Below, piece after piece: positions 56,004 through 64,000 of a stretch of DNA of 64,000 nucleotides. Each line of letters starts with the position of its first letter. The first letter of the stretch is position 1. The stretch comes from Bacteroidota bacterium (GTDB taxonomy: Bacteria; Bacteroidota; Rhodothermia; Rhodothermales; UBA10348), in the NCBI GenBank assembly GCA_022567305.1, contig JADFHF010000015.1, forward strand, positions 1 to 64,000, written 5' to 3'. A model generated the notes under the pieces. The model was given only the letters and a program-made list of their open reading frames with translations. It had not been told where the DNA came from and ran no database searches. A program made the translations under genes and the position numbers.

Positions 56004-57791
56004 TTACGGCTGGTTCTGTGGCGTGAAATCGGAATCGGAATCAGGTACGCTGTACTCGTACGGGCCCCGATAAACGGTCGGAACCGTTTCAAAATTTACA
56101 TGCGGAAGAGGAGGCGTGGGTGTGGCTGTCCACTCCAGTGTCGTGGCTTTCCACGGATTATCGTCCACTTCTTTCCCCTTCTTGATACTCAGGAAGAAGT
56201 TGATGAAAAACGGTATCTGAGCGAGAGCGAGCACCCACGCAAATATCGACATGAGTTCGTTGTACTGCACCACGTTCGCCGCGAAATCATACGTGGCTCC
56301 ACCGTCATAGAGACGACGGGAGACACCCGCCAGACCCTGAATGAACATCGGCATAAAGATGCCATTCATGCAGATGAACGTCCCCCAGAAGTGAATCCGA
56401 CCCCAAAAATCGTTGAGCTTTCGCCCGGTGACTTTCGGATACCAATAGTAGATGCCAGCGAAAAGGGCCAATATGGTTCCCGGAGCCACGATATAGTGAA
56501 AGTGCCCGATCACGTACATGGTATCATGCAGAGGAATATCCGTTGGCGCCAGGCCGAGTGGAAGGCCTGTAAGCCCTCCGATTCCAAACATGGGGAGGAA
56601 CGCCAAAGCGAACAACATCGGGGTCGTAAATCGCATCGATGCCCCCCACAGTGAAAGGAACAATCCCGAAAGAATGATGACTGACGGAATGGATATGATC
56701 ATCGTGGTCACCTGGAAGAAAGCTCCCATAGTCGTTCCCATTCCCGTGATGAACATGTGGTGGGCCCATACGATGAATGACATCGCTCCCAGGAAAAGGA
56801 GTGAATAGACCATCAACTTATATCCCCAGAGCGGTTTCCTCGTATTGTTCGCGATGATCTCGGCTACAATTCCCATTGCCGGAAGGATCAGAACGTAGAC
56901 TTCGGGGTGGGCGAGGAACCAGAATAAATGCTGCCACAAGAGCGGACTCCCCCCGCCAGCAATATCCAAAACCTGGCCACTCACGACGAGTCCGCTGGGC
57001 ATAAAGAAACTGGTCCCTATCAATCGGTCAGCGAGCTGAAGAAATGCGGCCGCCTCAAGCGGAGGAAAGGCCAGGAGTAGCAGAAAAGCCGTTACGAACT
57101 GCGCCCAGACAAAGAACGGCATCCTGAAATAGCTCATCCCGGGAGCTCGAAGCTGAATGATCGTCGTCAGAAAGTTCACCGCGCCGAGCAGGGACGATGT
57201 GATCAGGAACATCATGCCGATGAGCCACATAGTTTGGCCCATGGTCTCTATGTTGGCAAGGGGTGGATAGGATGTCCATCCCGCTTTGGCCGCGCCTGCC
57301 GGTACGAAGAAACTCGCCAGCATCACCACGCCGCCACAGAAATACACCCAATAGCTCGCCATGTTGAGCTTGGGAAACGCCATATCGGGCGCACCGATCT
57401 GAAGCGGAACGATGTAATTACCGAAAGCACCCACCGCAAGCGGAACCACACCCAGGAAGACCATAATGGTCCCGTGCATGGCACCGAGCTGATTGTAGAA
57501 CTCCGGCACCATCACTCCACCCGGCATGGTATCATCACTGAACAACCATCCGATCAGGGGTATCGGTTGGCCGGGATACGCCAGCTGCCACCTCATTAGC
57601 ATCATAAACGTGAAGCCAGTGAGTAAAAAAAACAGCGCCGTTAGGGCGTACTGGATGCCGATCATCTTGTGATCGGTCGCGAAGATGTATTTCCGCCAGA
57701 AAGGCTCTTCGTGATAACGATGAACGTCGTGAACCGACTCGTCGCCTCCACTAACAGAGTCGGTCATTTCGCGTTCAGTGCCGTAGGTCAT
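56004..57791 (-). CDS. coxA: Cytochrome c oxidase subunit I (heme-copper oxidase catalytic subunit)
   Basis: 595 aa with WAHHMF, HFHYIV and GGxTG motifs and 12+ TM helices. Confidence 0.9.
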   Translation of the reverse strand: MTYGTEREMTDSVSGGDESVHDVHRYHEEPFWRKYIFATDHKMIGIQYALTALFFLLTGFTFMMLMRWQLAYPGQPIPLIGWLFSDDTMPGGVMVPEFYNQLGAMHGTIMVFLGVVPLAVGAFGNYIVPLQIGAPDMAFPKLNMASYWVYFCGGVVMLASFFVPAGAAKAGWTSYPPLANIETMGQTMWLIGMMFLITSSLLGAVNFLTTIIQLRAPGMSYFRMPFFVWAQFVTAFLLLLAFPPLEAAAFLQLADRLIGTSFFMPSGLVVSGQVLDIAGGGSPLLWQHLFWFLAHPEVYVLILPAMGIVAEIIANNTRKPLWGYKLMVYSLLFLGAMSFIVWAHHMFITGMGTTMGAFFQVTTMIISIPSVIILSGLFLSLWGASMRFTTPMLFALAFLPMFGIGGLTGLPLGLAPTDIPLHDTMYVIGHFHYIVAPGTILALFAGIYYWYPKVTGRKLNDFWGRIHFWGTFICMNGIFMPMFIQGLAGVSRRLYDGGATYDFAANVVQYNELMSIFAWVLALAQIPFFINFFLSIKKGKEVDDNPWKATTLEWTATPTPPLPHVNFETVPTVYRGPYEYSVPDSDSDFTPQNQP

Positions 57792-57929
57792 ACTCGATTC
57801 GTTAGGTGCTCACTCCGGACGTCGAAAGCGATCATGTATAGTTTGCTTGCGCAGTCTGTCAAGGACAGCTGTGAAGTAGACATCGAGCTCGCGCAGTAGC
57901 GGCTCGGGTTGGGTGAACGAGCTAAAGCA

Positions 57930-58685
57930 CTATGAACCGAAAGAAAAGTCAACGGATACGGCTTCACCGTCTGTTACCGTGACCGTCTCTGTCGCAGTGC
58001 CGTACTTCTCGTGCCAGGCCTCAAATACGTACTCGCCAGCCGGCAGTTGGCCGATGGAAAAGCTTCCGGTATCGTCCGATACGGAATGGAACGGGTGATC
58101 AACAACTCCTGCATAGGCATTCATCCAGGCATGGACATCGCACTTAATCCGGAGCATTAATTCGGGTACACGGAAGGATCGCTCCCGTTCGTCGCCTTGA
58201 TTGGGCATCCCCATATTGAAAGGACGATTCTCGTTTGCGAGAGCATTGACGTTGTGCATCAAGGGATCACCATTGATAATTTTCAATGTCTGTCCGACCT
58301 GGATACCGAAAACGTGCGGTGTATAGACGCAGCCATCTTGATTAAAGACGACCGGTTCCGAGGGAATAGCGAAACTGTAATCGCCCAACCCTTCTTTTAC
58401 ATAAACGAATACATTGCGAAGGGTCCCATTATCATTCACAACAACTGACTCGTTCAGTACGGGATCGGCATTTAGTTCGGCACACTCTCGATCTTGACGA
58501 ATCCGATTCCTATCCGGCGCGGTGCCCGTAAAAGAAATCGAACCGGAAACGCTAGCCGATCCGAGCGGGGTCGTATCAGCGGTAGCAGCAGGTTCCGAAG
58601 ATGAATCCGAGCTGTCTGAACTGGAATCACCACCACAAGCTGAAAAGAGTAGAACAGCTGTTAGTAGAGTTAGAAATAAACGCAT
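57930..58685 (-). CDS. Cupredoxin-like (amicyanin/pseudoazurin-type) lipoprotein, first gene of the array
   Basis: The start is taken at MRLFLTLLTAVLLFSACGG (the ORF-track N-extension looks spurious). It has a Ser/Asp-rich linker, then YTPHVFGIQ...KCDVHAWMNAY. C-x2-H-x2-M plus an upstream His matches amicyanin CTPHPFM-type type-1 Cu ligands. Confidence 0.45.
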   Translation of the reverse strand: MRLFLTLLTAVLLFSACGGDSSSDSSDSSSEPAATADTTPLGSASVSGSISFTGTAPDRNRIRQDRECAELNADPVLNESVVVNDNGTLRNVFVYVKEGLGDYSFAIPSEPVVFNQDGCVYTPHVFGIQVGQTLKIINGDPLMHNVNALANENRPFNMGMPNQGDERERSFRVPELMLRIKCDVHAWMNAYAGVVDHPFHSVSDDTGSFSIGQLPAGEYVFEAWHEKYGTATETVTVTDGEAVSVDFSFGS

Positions 58686-58910
58686 AAAACTTGATAATAT
58701 TGGTAAGAAATAATCGACTTTTTTGCCTGCAAGAACTGGTTCTGGATTCAGGCTCGACGAAAATATATAAATTGAGCCAAAGGAGCAACGACCCGAAATC
58801 GCTACGAATCTCCCAGCCACCGAATCCATTGATACTTGGGAAAAAGCTCTACTCCCTCGTACATTGGACCGGTCTTCCAAGGCCTCTCTGAAGCATTATC
58901 TGGCGCATAT

Positions 58911-59690
58911 ATGACCGAACGTTCCAGCTTTTTCGAGTTGAATAAGACGCATGATGACGTTGCACTTGACATCATTCGAGGGTTTCTCGGCGTAGCACTC
59001 TTTGTCCGCGGCCTTCTTTTTATTTCGGATTCATCGAGAATTATTACGCTCGTCGAGATGGGTAACATGGATTACCTGGTGCCGGCGTTACTTCTTTACG
59101 CAGCGATCCTCACGCACACCATGGGAGGACTGATGCTTGCCGTTGGTCTACTCACTCGCATCGCGGCGCTGATTCAGATTCCGGTATTGCTGGGTGCGGT
59201 TTTCATCGCCATTATCCAAGGCGGCCTTTTCCTGCCGGAGCAGTCCCTGGAGCTGTCGGCGCTTGTTCTGGTTCTGCTCGGGATTCTATTCGTGTTCGGT
59301 TCGGGGCCATTCTCACTGGATCGGGTCATCTTCAAACCCGGCGCTGCGGCCTCTGCTCTTGAGCGTGAAAAGGAAGAGTCGGAGGAGTATAGAAGCAGAG
59401 TAGCGGAATGGGGAGAAAAACGAGCGGCGGCGGCCGCCGTTGCAGAGGCCGCTGCTGATCATGGAGCCCGCGCCGCCACCGGCACGTGGTTCCGAGCGGC
59501 CACGCTTCTACGATATGGATTTGCTTCCGGTATTGCCGGAGTCTTGCTCTATTTCGCCATTCGCAGTCTTCCATTCGAGATCAGCCTCGTAGAGCTGGCC
59601 GCCATTGGAGGCATTCTCTTTCTCATCCTGGGTTTCTTCTTTCTCTTTTTTGGTTGGGCCCTCAAGGACGACGAGACGACAAGCAACTAA
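58911..59690 (+). CDS. DoxX-family membrane protein with C-terminal extension
   Basis: The start is taken at MTERSSFF. TM helices have a DoxX-like pattern (LLGAVFIAIIQGG...SLD). Confidence 0.55.
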   Translation: MTERSSFFELNKTHDDVALDIIRGFLGVALFVRGLLFISDSSRIITLVEMGNMDYLVPALLLYAAILTHTMGGLMLAVGLLTRIAALIQIPVLLGAVFIAIIQGGLFLPEQSLELSALVLVLLGILFVFGSGPFSLDRVIFKPGAAASALEREKEESEEYRSRVAEWGEKRAAAAAVAEAAADHGARAATGTWFRAATLLRYGFASGIAGVLLYFAIRSLPFEISLVELAAIGGILFLILGFFFLFFGWALKDDETTSN

Positions 59691-60049
59691 TGGATTGGGT
59701 CTGGCAATTATATGAGGGTTATATCATGCGACTTTTTAGTCGTCGCGGAATCAGCGAGCCCACGGACGAGGAGGCAGAAGCCATGTTTGTTGAGGTCCTA
59801 AGAGATTCCACGGTCACGATCCTTGTTCAGGAGCCCTGGCAGGGCTCGGTTCGTTTCAAATGCCTGGCGAAGTACGACGCCGCAGATATATTTGAACTGT
59901 TCAATGGTCCGTTTGAGTTTTTATCGTCGAGTTTTGGGGGCGGAAAATTCAAAATCAATTTTCATCATGGATGGAATTTCGTAGCCACCAAAAATTTTAA
60001 ACCGGCAGGCGATCCGCTCTGGATGGGCCTACCCTCACTAGAATTTTAA
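59691..60049 (+). CDS. Hypothetical protein (119 aa)
   Basis: An ATG lies immediately after the DoxX stop (TAATGG). The longer ORF-track version overlaps DoxX and is probably spurious. Confidence 0.3.
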
Positions 60050-60057
60050 TCTTTGAT

Positions 60058-60504
60058 ATGAGTTCTTCCGAAATTTCGCGACGCCAGCGCCTCGTAACGT
60101 GGCAATGGAAGCACAATTCGCTGGGTGTCGATCTGGTGAGGATGTTTTTGGGCGCCGCCCTTTTAGTCCGAGGGGCGTGGTTTGCACTGAACCCGGATGC
60201 ATTTGCTCAAATGGCGGGTGAACGGCCCGTGGATTGGCTGACGTACTACGTTTTGATTGGTCATATCGTTGGTGGATTGCTGCTCCTGATTGGTCTGTAT
60301 ACGCGGTTTGCAGCGGTCATACAGATACCCATCCTGGTTTCTGCCGTGTTCTTCGTCAGCATCGACCGCGGCCTGGCGAGCGGGAATCAATCGCTCGAGC
60401 TGTCCGGGTTGGTGCTCATCATTCTTGCCGTCATTCTGATTTTCGGACCGGGCCAACTGTCGCTGGACTACAAGCGATTTGAAAAGAAAAGCGGCGCTGA
60501 GTAG
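60058..60504 (+). CDS. DoxX-family membrane protein
   Basis: 148 aa with four TM helices and the shared motifs IQIPILVSAVFF and GPGQLSLD. Confidence 0.55.
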   Translation: MSSSEISRRQRLVTWQWKHNSLGVDLVRMFLGAALLVRGAWFALNPDAFAQMAGERPVDWLTYYVLIGHIVGGLLLLIGLYTRFAAVIQIPILVSAVFFVSIDRGLASGNQSLELSGLVLIILAVILIFGPGQLSLDYKRFEKKSGAE

Positions 60505-60553
60505 CCGCGTCCAGACTCCGTCTAGATGTCGCGGATCCACGTATTCCGCCCGA

Positions 60554-61282
60554 CTAAAGTTCGCGGATCCAGATATTCCGATAACTCACCGGATTCCCGT
60601 GTTCCTGTAGCATTAACGGTCGGCGACCGTGCGGCGTATAATCAATATGCCCTATATATGCGGTCGGCCCTGTCAACTCTTTTCTGTTGATAATCAGGAC
60701 TCCATTGTGGAGGACCGTTACGATTGCCGGCCGAACCACGTCTCCGTCGTCAGCGAACACGGGGGCTTCATATATAATATCGTATGATTGCCATTCGCCC
60801 GGGCCGCGCGATGCATTGACGAGCGGGATGTGCTGCTTATAGATCGATCCAGCCTGTCCGTTCGAATACGTGACGTTTTGGAACGAATCCAGGATCTGTA
60901 CTTCGTATAGCTCTTGAAAGTAGACGCCACTGTTGCCTCTATCCTGCCCTTCGCCTTCTATGTTTGGAGGTGTTCGCCACTCGATGTGCAATTGGACATT
61001 CCCAAAACTTCGCTGCGTTCGAATATCTCCCCCTCCAGCCGCCACGGTCACGACTCCGTTTTCCACCGCCCATCTAGCTGCACCGCCGCGGACCCGTTCC
61101 CACTCAGACAAATCCGACCCGTCAAATAAGACGATCGCGTCTGACGGTGCATGGGTCCCTTCACCGGGAGTAACGATTGCGGGTACTGGATGCCACTTTT
61201 CGGTCTGTTTGGGATCCCAGTCCTGACCTCGCGCAGCCTGAAGGGCCACAAATCCAAGAAGTACGAATGTCAGTCGATTCAT
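60554..61282 (-). CDS. DUF1080 (3-keto-disaccharide hydrolase-like) domain protein, signal peptide
   Basis: The start is taken at MNRLTFVLLGFVALQAARGQ. It has the typical LFDGSDLSEWE...GNSGVYFQ DUF1080 pattern. Confidence 0.65.
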   Translation of the reverse strand: MNRLTFVLLGFVALQAARGQDWDPKQTEKWHPVPAIVTPGEGTHAPSDAIVLFDGSDLSEWERVRGGAARWAVENGVVTVAAGGGDIRTQRSFGNVQLHIEWRTPPNIEGEGQDRGNSGVYFQELYEVQILDSFQNVTYSNGQAGSIYKQHIPLVNASRGPGEWQSYDIIYEAPVFADDGDVVRPAIVTVLHNGVLIINRKELTGPTAYIGHIDYTPHGRRPLMLQEHGNPVSYRNIWIREL

Positions 61283-61289
61283 TTCTACT

Positions 61290-62627
61290 CTAGTAATTCG
61301 GCAACGACCATGGCGACCGATACGTGGGTGTAAGAAGGGCATTTGCTTCTTTATCATTTCTAAAGCTGCCGTTCTCCCAGTGCACTTTTCGACCGGTCTT
61401 GAAAGCCACATTTCCCATGTGAGCGACGACGGCGGCCGAGTGACCCACCTTGATTCCACCGTTCAGCTCTTCGCCCGTTGTAATTGCACTGATAAAGTTC
61501 TTTGTGTGCCGATCCAGATCATTACCGGAACGAGGAGTGGGGTCCGGTACGATGAGCTTGGGTACCGAAGCCTCTAGATCCGGGTCGTATTCTTCTTCGG
61601 GGATTACCTCCCAGCCTCCCCTGTCGATGATGGCTGTTCCGTTGTTTCCGATGAAGGCCACTCCGTGGGTTCTTCCGTATGGTCCCAGGTCGATCCCCGT
61701 CGCATGCTCCCAGAGCATCGTAAAATCGTCAAACTCGTAGACCGCTTGTAAGGTATCTGGCGTTTCGGAGGCATCGTCCGGATACGCGAATTTCCCACCG
61801 GATGCCATCACGGATTTCGGATACGTCGCCTTCATTCCGTACAGCGCGAAATCGATGATGTGCACTCCCCAATCGGTCATCAATCCACCTGCGTAGTCCC
61901 AGAACCAACGAAAATTGAAATGGAATCGGTTTCGATTGAAAGGGCGGCTTGCCGCAGGGCCCAGCCACATATCGTAATTCACACCGTCCGGGGCCGCTTC
62001 ATCGGCGTACATCGGTACCGGTTTCATCCATCCCTGGTAGGCCCAGGTTTTTACGGTTCGAATCTTTCCAAGAGCGCCCGAGTGAACAAACTCGATGGCG
62101 TTCTGCCAATGGGGACCGCTTCGTTGCCACTGCCCCATTTGAACCACTTTCCCGTGATGTGTGGCTGCCCGGAGCATCACATCGCACTCGTGGATCGAGT
62201 TCGCAAGCGGCTTTTCAACATAGACGTGTTTACCCGCTTCGAGTGCGTCCACCAGGTTCAAGCAATGCCAGTGATCCGGCGTCCCGATCACCACAAAGTC
62301 GAGGTCCTTGTTCTCGAGCATCTGACGGTAGTCGCCATAAATCTGAGGCGCCGGTCCTCCCATTTCAACCAGGTTTTTGGCTCGCCGATCAGATACGTTC
62401 GTATCAACATCGCAAACGGCAATGCACTGCGTATTTGGGTTTTTGAGAAGGGATCTCGTATCGGAAAACCCCATTCCGTTGCATCCGATGACGCCGAAAA
62501 GAAGCGTATCACTCGGAGCGACCGGAGCCGTGTGGAGGAATCTCAGAGATGGAATGACGGGAAGAATAGCCACCGATGACACAACCGTCGCGGCGTGCTT
62601 AATAAAGCGTCTTCTGGAGTGTGACAT
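61290..62627 (-). CDS. Gfo/Idh/MocA-family oxidoreductase with Tat signal
   Basis: The start is taken at MSHSRRRFIKHAATVVSSVAILP (twin-arginine). It has the Rossmann FGVIGCNGMG and EKPLANS motifs. Confidence 0.7.
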   Translation of the reverse strand: MSHSRRRFIKHAATVVSSVAILPVIPSLRFLHTAPVAPSDTLLFGVIGCNGMGFSDTRSLLKNPNTQCIAVCDVDTNVSDRRAKNLVEMGGPAPQIYGDYRQMLENKDLDFVVIGTPDHWHCLNLVDALEAGKHVYVEKPLANSIHECDVMLRAATHHGKVVQMGQWQRSGPHWQNAIEFVHSGALGKIRTVKTWAYQGWMKPVPMYADEAAPDGVNYDMWLGPAASRPFNRNRFHFNFRWFWDYAGGLMTDWGVHIIDFALYGMKATYPKSVMASGGKFAYPDDASETPDTLQAVYEFDDFTMLWEHATGIDLGPYGRTHGVAFIGNNGTAIIDRGGWEVIPEEEYDPDLEASVPKLIVPDPTPRSGNDLDRHTKNFISAITTGEELNGGIKVGHSAAVVAHMGNVAFKTGRKVHWENGSFRNDKEANALLTPTYRSPWSLPNY

Positions 62628-62695
62628 GGCGCACGTAGGATTATCCTCTGGTGGTGGGACCGTACAGTAGGATACAGCGCCGAAATAGGCAAGCT

Positions 62696-63418
62696 TTAAG
62701 CAGTCGGCACGAAGAGAGCCGTCATTTCTCTTGTTCGGATCTCGGCTTGCTTTTTCTCCGACGTCAAATGCTCGATGAGTTTGTCCAGTGATTGTGAGTC
62801 GCCGCCACGAGAAACGTCCCATTCCCACGTCGTGTGAAGTGTCGTGACCAACGAAGGCATGTCGTAATCAAAATCGGGTGAGATCCCGTAGAAGTCCGAG
62901 CGTATCCAAGGCAGCTCGCGGCTTGGGATCTTCTTTTCTGAAAAATATCTGGAGTAGCCGGAGTCCAGCAGGGCACGAGCTGTCTTTCGATCACCGATGT
63001 TACAGGGTGGTATATAAGAGTTCGCTGCGCAGTTCAGCCGATCTTCCAATATCCGTCTCGCTTCGGAGAGCTTCTGCCTGATTGCGCCGTAGCTCTGACC
63101 CTTGAATTCATTGAATACGCCAATGGGACTCTTATTATAGATGTCTCCTTTTGCCTCCAGTATGGCCGAATACTCAGGATATCCGTGGTCAAATCCGTGA
63201 ACGACCGGAATCATGTACTCAAGTCGTTCGAGAAACTGAAACACCACTTCCGTTAGGATTGCGGGGACAATTCCGAGATGATAGAACAACCCGGCCGACT
63301 CAAACTTCATCAGAATGTCGTGCAGCGGTGTGAGGTCCGGGAGAAGCGGCCGAATACCGGTCGGGGAGTCATCGATTCGGACGACCGGATCGGCCAAGTC
63401 CCCTTTGATTAAGGCCAA
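62696..63418 (-). CDS. Polysaccharide-deacetylase-like (DUF2334-type) protein
   Basis: 240 aa with VVRIDDSP and HGFDHGYPEY motifs reminiscent of NodB-like/DUF2334 deacetylases. The reading frame stays open upstream to a TAG at about 63536 with no ATG, so the start is uncertain. Confidence 0.4.
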   Translation of the reverse strand: MALIKGDLADPVVRIDDSPTGIRPLLPDLTPLHDILMKFESAGLFYHLGIVPAILTEVVFQFLERLEYMIPVVHGFDHGYPEYSAILEAKGDIYNKSPIGVFNEFKGQSYGAIRQKLSEARRILEDRLNCAANSYIPPCNIGDRKTARALLDSGYSRYFSEKKIPSRELPWIRSDFYGISPDFDYDMPSLVTTLHTTWEWDVSRGGDSQSLDKLIEHLTSEKKQAEIRTREMTALFVPTA

Positions 63419-63535
63419 TACGTGAATGGGCTTGTCGTCGGTCGGATTGCTTCCACCATAAAACGTTTTGTAGGTAAGAAGACGATTGCCAAGCGTGTGG
63501 AGATCAAAGAACTCGTCGCCTCTCGGCCGCTCCTC

Positions 63536-63900
63536 CTAGACGCCGTAGCGCATATAATCATTGTCCGATCCAAATTCCGAGTTCTCATCACGCCGACGCC
63601 GGATCGGGTCGAGCATGATGAAATATTTGCACGATGCCAACACGTTGCGAAACCACCTATCAGGATCCGGCGAGTACATGAACACATTGGACGCAAGGAG
63701 CACGTCGAAGCGTTTCCGAGTGGGCTTGTTCAAGTCCCATTTTCAGCGCGGCAGCGCGATGGCGTTTGGAAATAGCTTCTTCTCGCCTTCCTTAATCGGC
63801 GAGAACACGCCAATGCGCTCGAAACCGGGAAGATTCTCAGCGATTCGTTTGAGTTCGACGAAGTCTTCTTTCGTCATGCAGATAATACTTGAAGCAACTC
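63536..63900 (-). pseudogene. Fragmented class-I SAM-methyltransferase-like gene (two frames)
   Basis: One frame gives MTKEDFVELKRIAENLPGFERIGVFSPIKEGEKKLFPNAIALPR*. The next frame gives ...RFDVLLASNVFMYSPDPDRWFRNVLASCKYFIMLDP..., a typical MTase C-terminal motif. Together this is consistent with a frameshift. Confidence 0.3.
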
Positions 63901-64000
63901 TTCTTTCGTCGGGCCGGACGGAATGGTGCGAAAGAAAGATAGGAACGTGGTTGGGAGGATATGTTGTATCTAAAACCCATTACAGCACGACATCCTCAAT

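Noticed and set aside
60529-60580. Direct repeat tcgcggatccacgtattccg / tcgcggatccagatattccg, 32 nt apart
   Set aside because: It is short. One copy lies in the last codons of the DUF1080 gene, and the BamHI-like GGATCC core could be coincidental. No further copies were seen in the window.
1-64000. CRISPR arrays, rRNA, tRNA
   Set aside because: No regularly spaced direct repeats and no tRNA-like T-arm or anticodon-stem signatures were seen on manual scan. The large ORF-free stretches required for rRNA are absent.

Overview
This 64-kb window is most likely from a Bacteroidota-related (FCB-group) genome, possibly Balneolota or Rhodothermota. The evidence is an orphan T9SS C-terminal sorting domain, several DUF families typical of that group, and about 52-55% GC. 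It splits into two parts.

(1) Roughly 1-12.3 kb is an accessory, decaying region. Two paralogous tyrosine-recombinase 3' remnants in direct orientation flank a 4.4-kb module with merA (carrying unusual N-terminal TRASH/YHS-like Cys motifs), a DUF302 protein, a DUF3224 protein and a membrane protein. Downstream are a Ser/Thr-kinase fragment, a frameshifted yjeF-N gene, an N-truncated and frameshifted alpha/beta-hydrolase gene abutted by an S1/P1 nuclease gene, an intact cfa gene, an orphan T9SS sorting-domain remnant, and about 1.07 kb with no credible ORF.

(2) From about 12.3 kb onward are ordinary housekeeping and envelope genes: a beta-lactamase-family hydrolase, amidohydrolases, moeB/moeZ, an NfeD-flotillin pair, a TolB-like propeller-amidohydrolase, a DUF5686 protein, and a LolA-like/FtsX-type ABC operon.

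The most interesting structure is a roughly 17-kb, 21-gene co-directional array on the minus strand (41785-58685) in which adjacent genes are tightly packed or overlapping. It fuses a caa3-type heme-copper oxidase (coxA/C/D/B plus a cupredoxin-like lipoprotein), a cytochrome bd subunit I homolog with no CydB, three membrane-anchored c-type cytochromes, and a downstream module. That module holds a radical-SAM/SPASM enzyme, a 2x[4Fe-4S] ferredoxin, an Mrp/NBP35 ATPase and a 647-aa protein with two USP domains. Five copies of the BchB-C-terminal-like 'PCP_red' domain are spread over three of its proteins. I do not recognise this combination as a described system.

No rRNA, tRNA or CRISPR arrays were detected. 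Coordinates derived from my own base counting may be off by 1 in places. Where possible I used the ORF-track boundaries plus amino-acid offsets.
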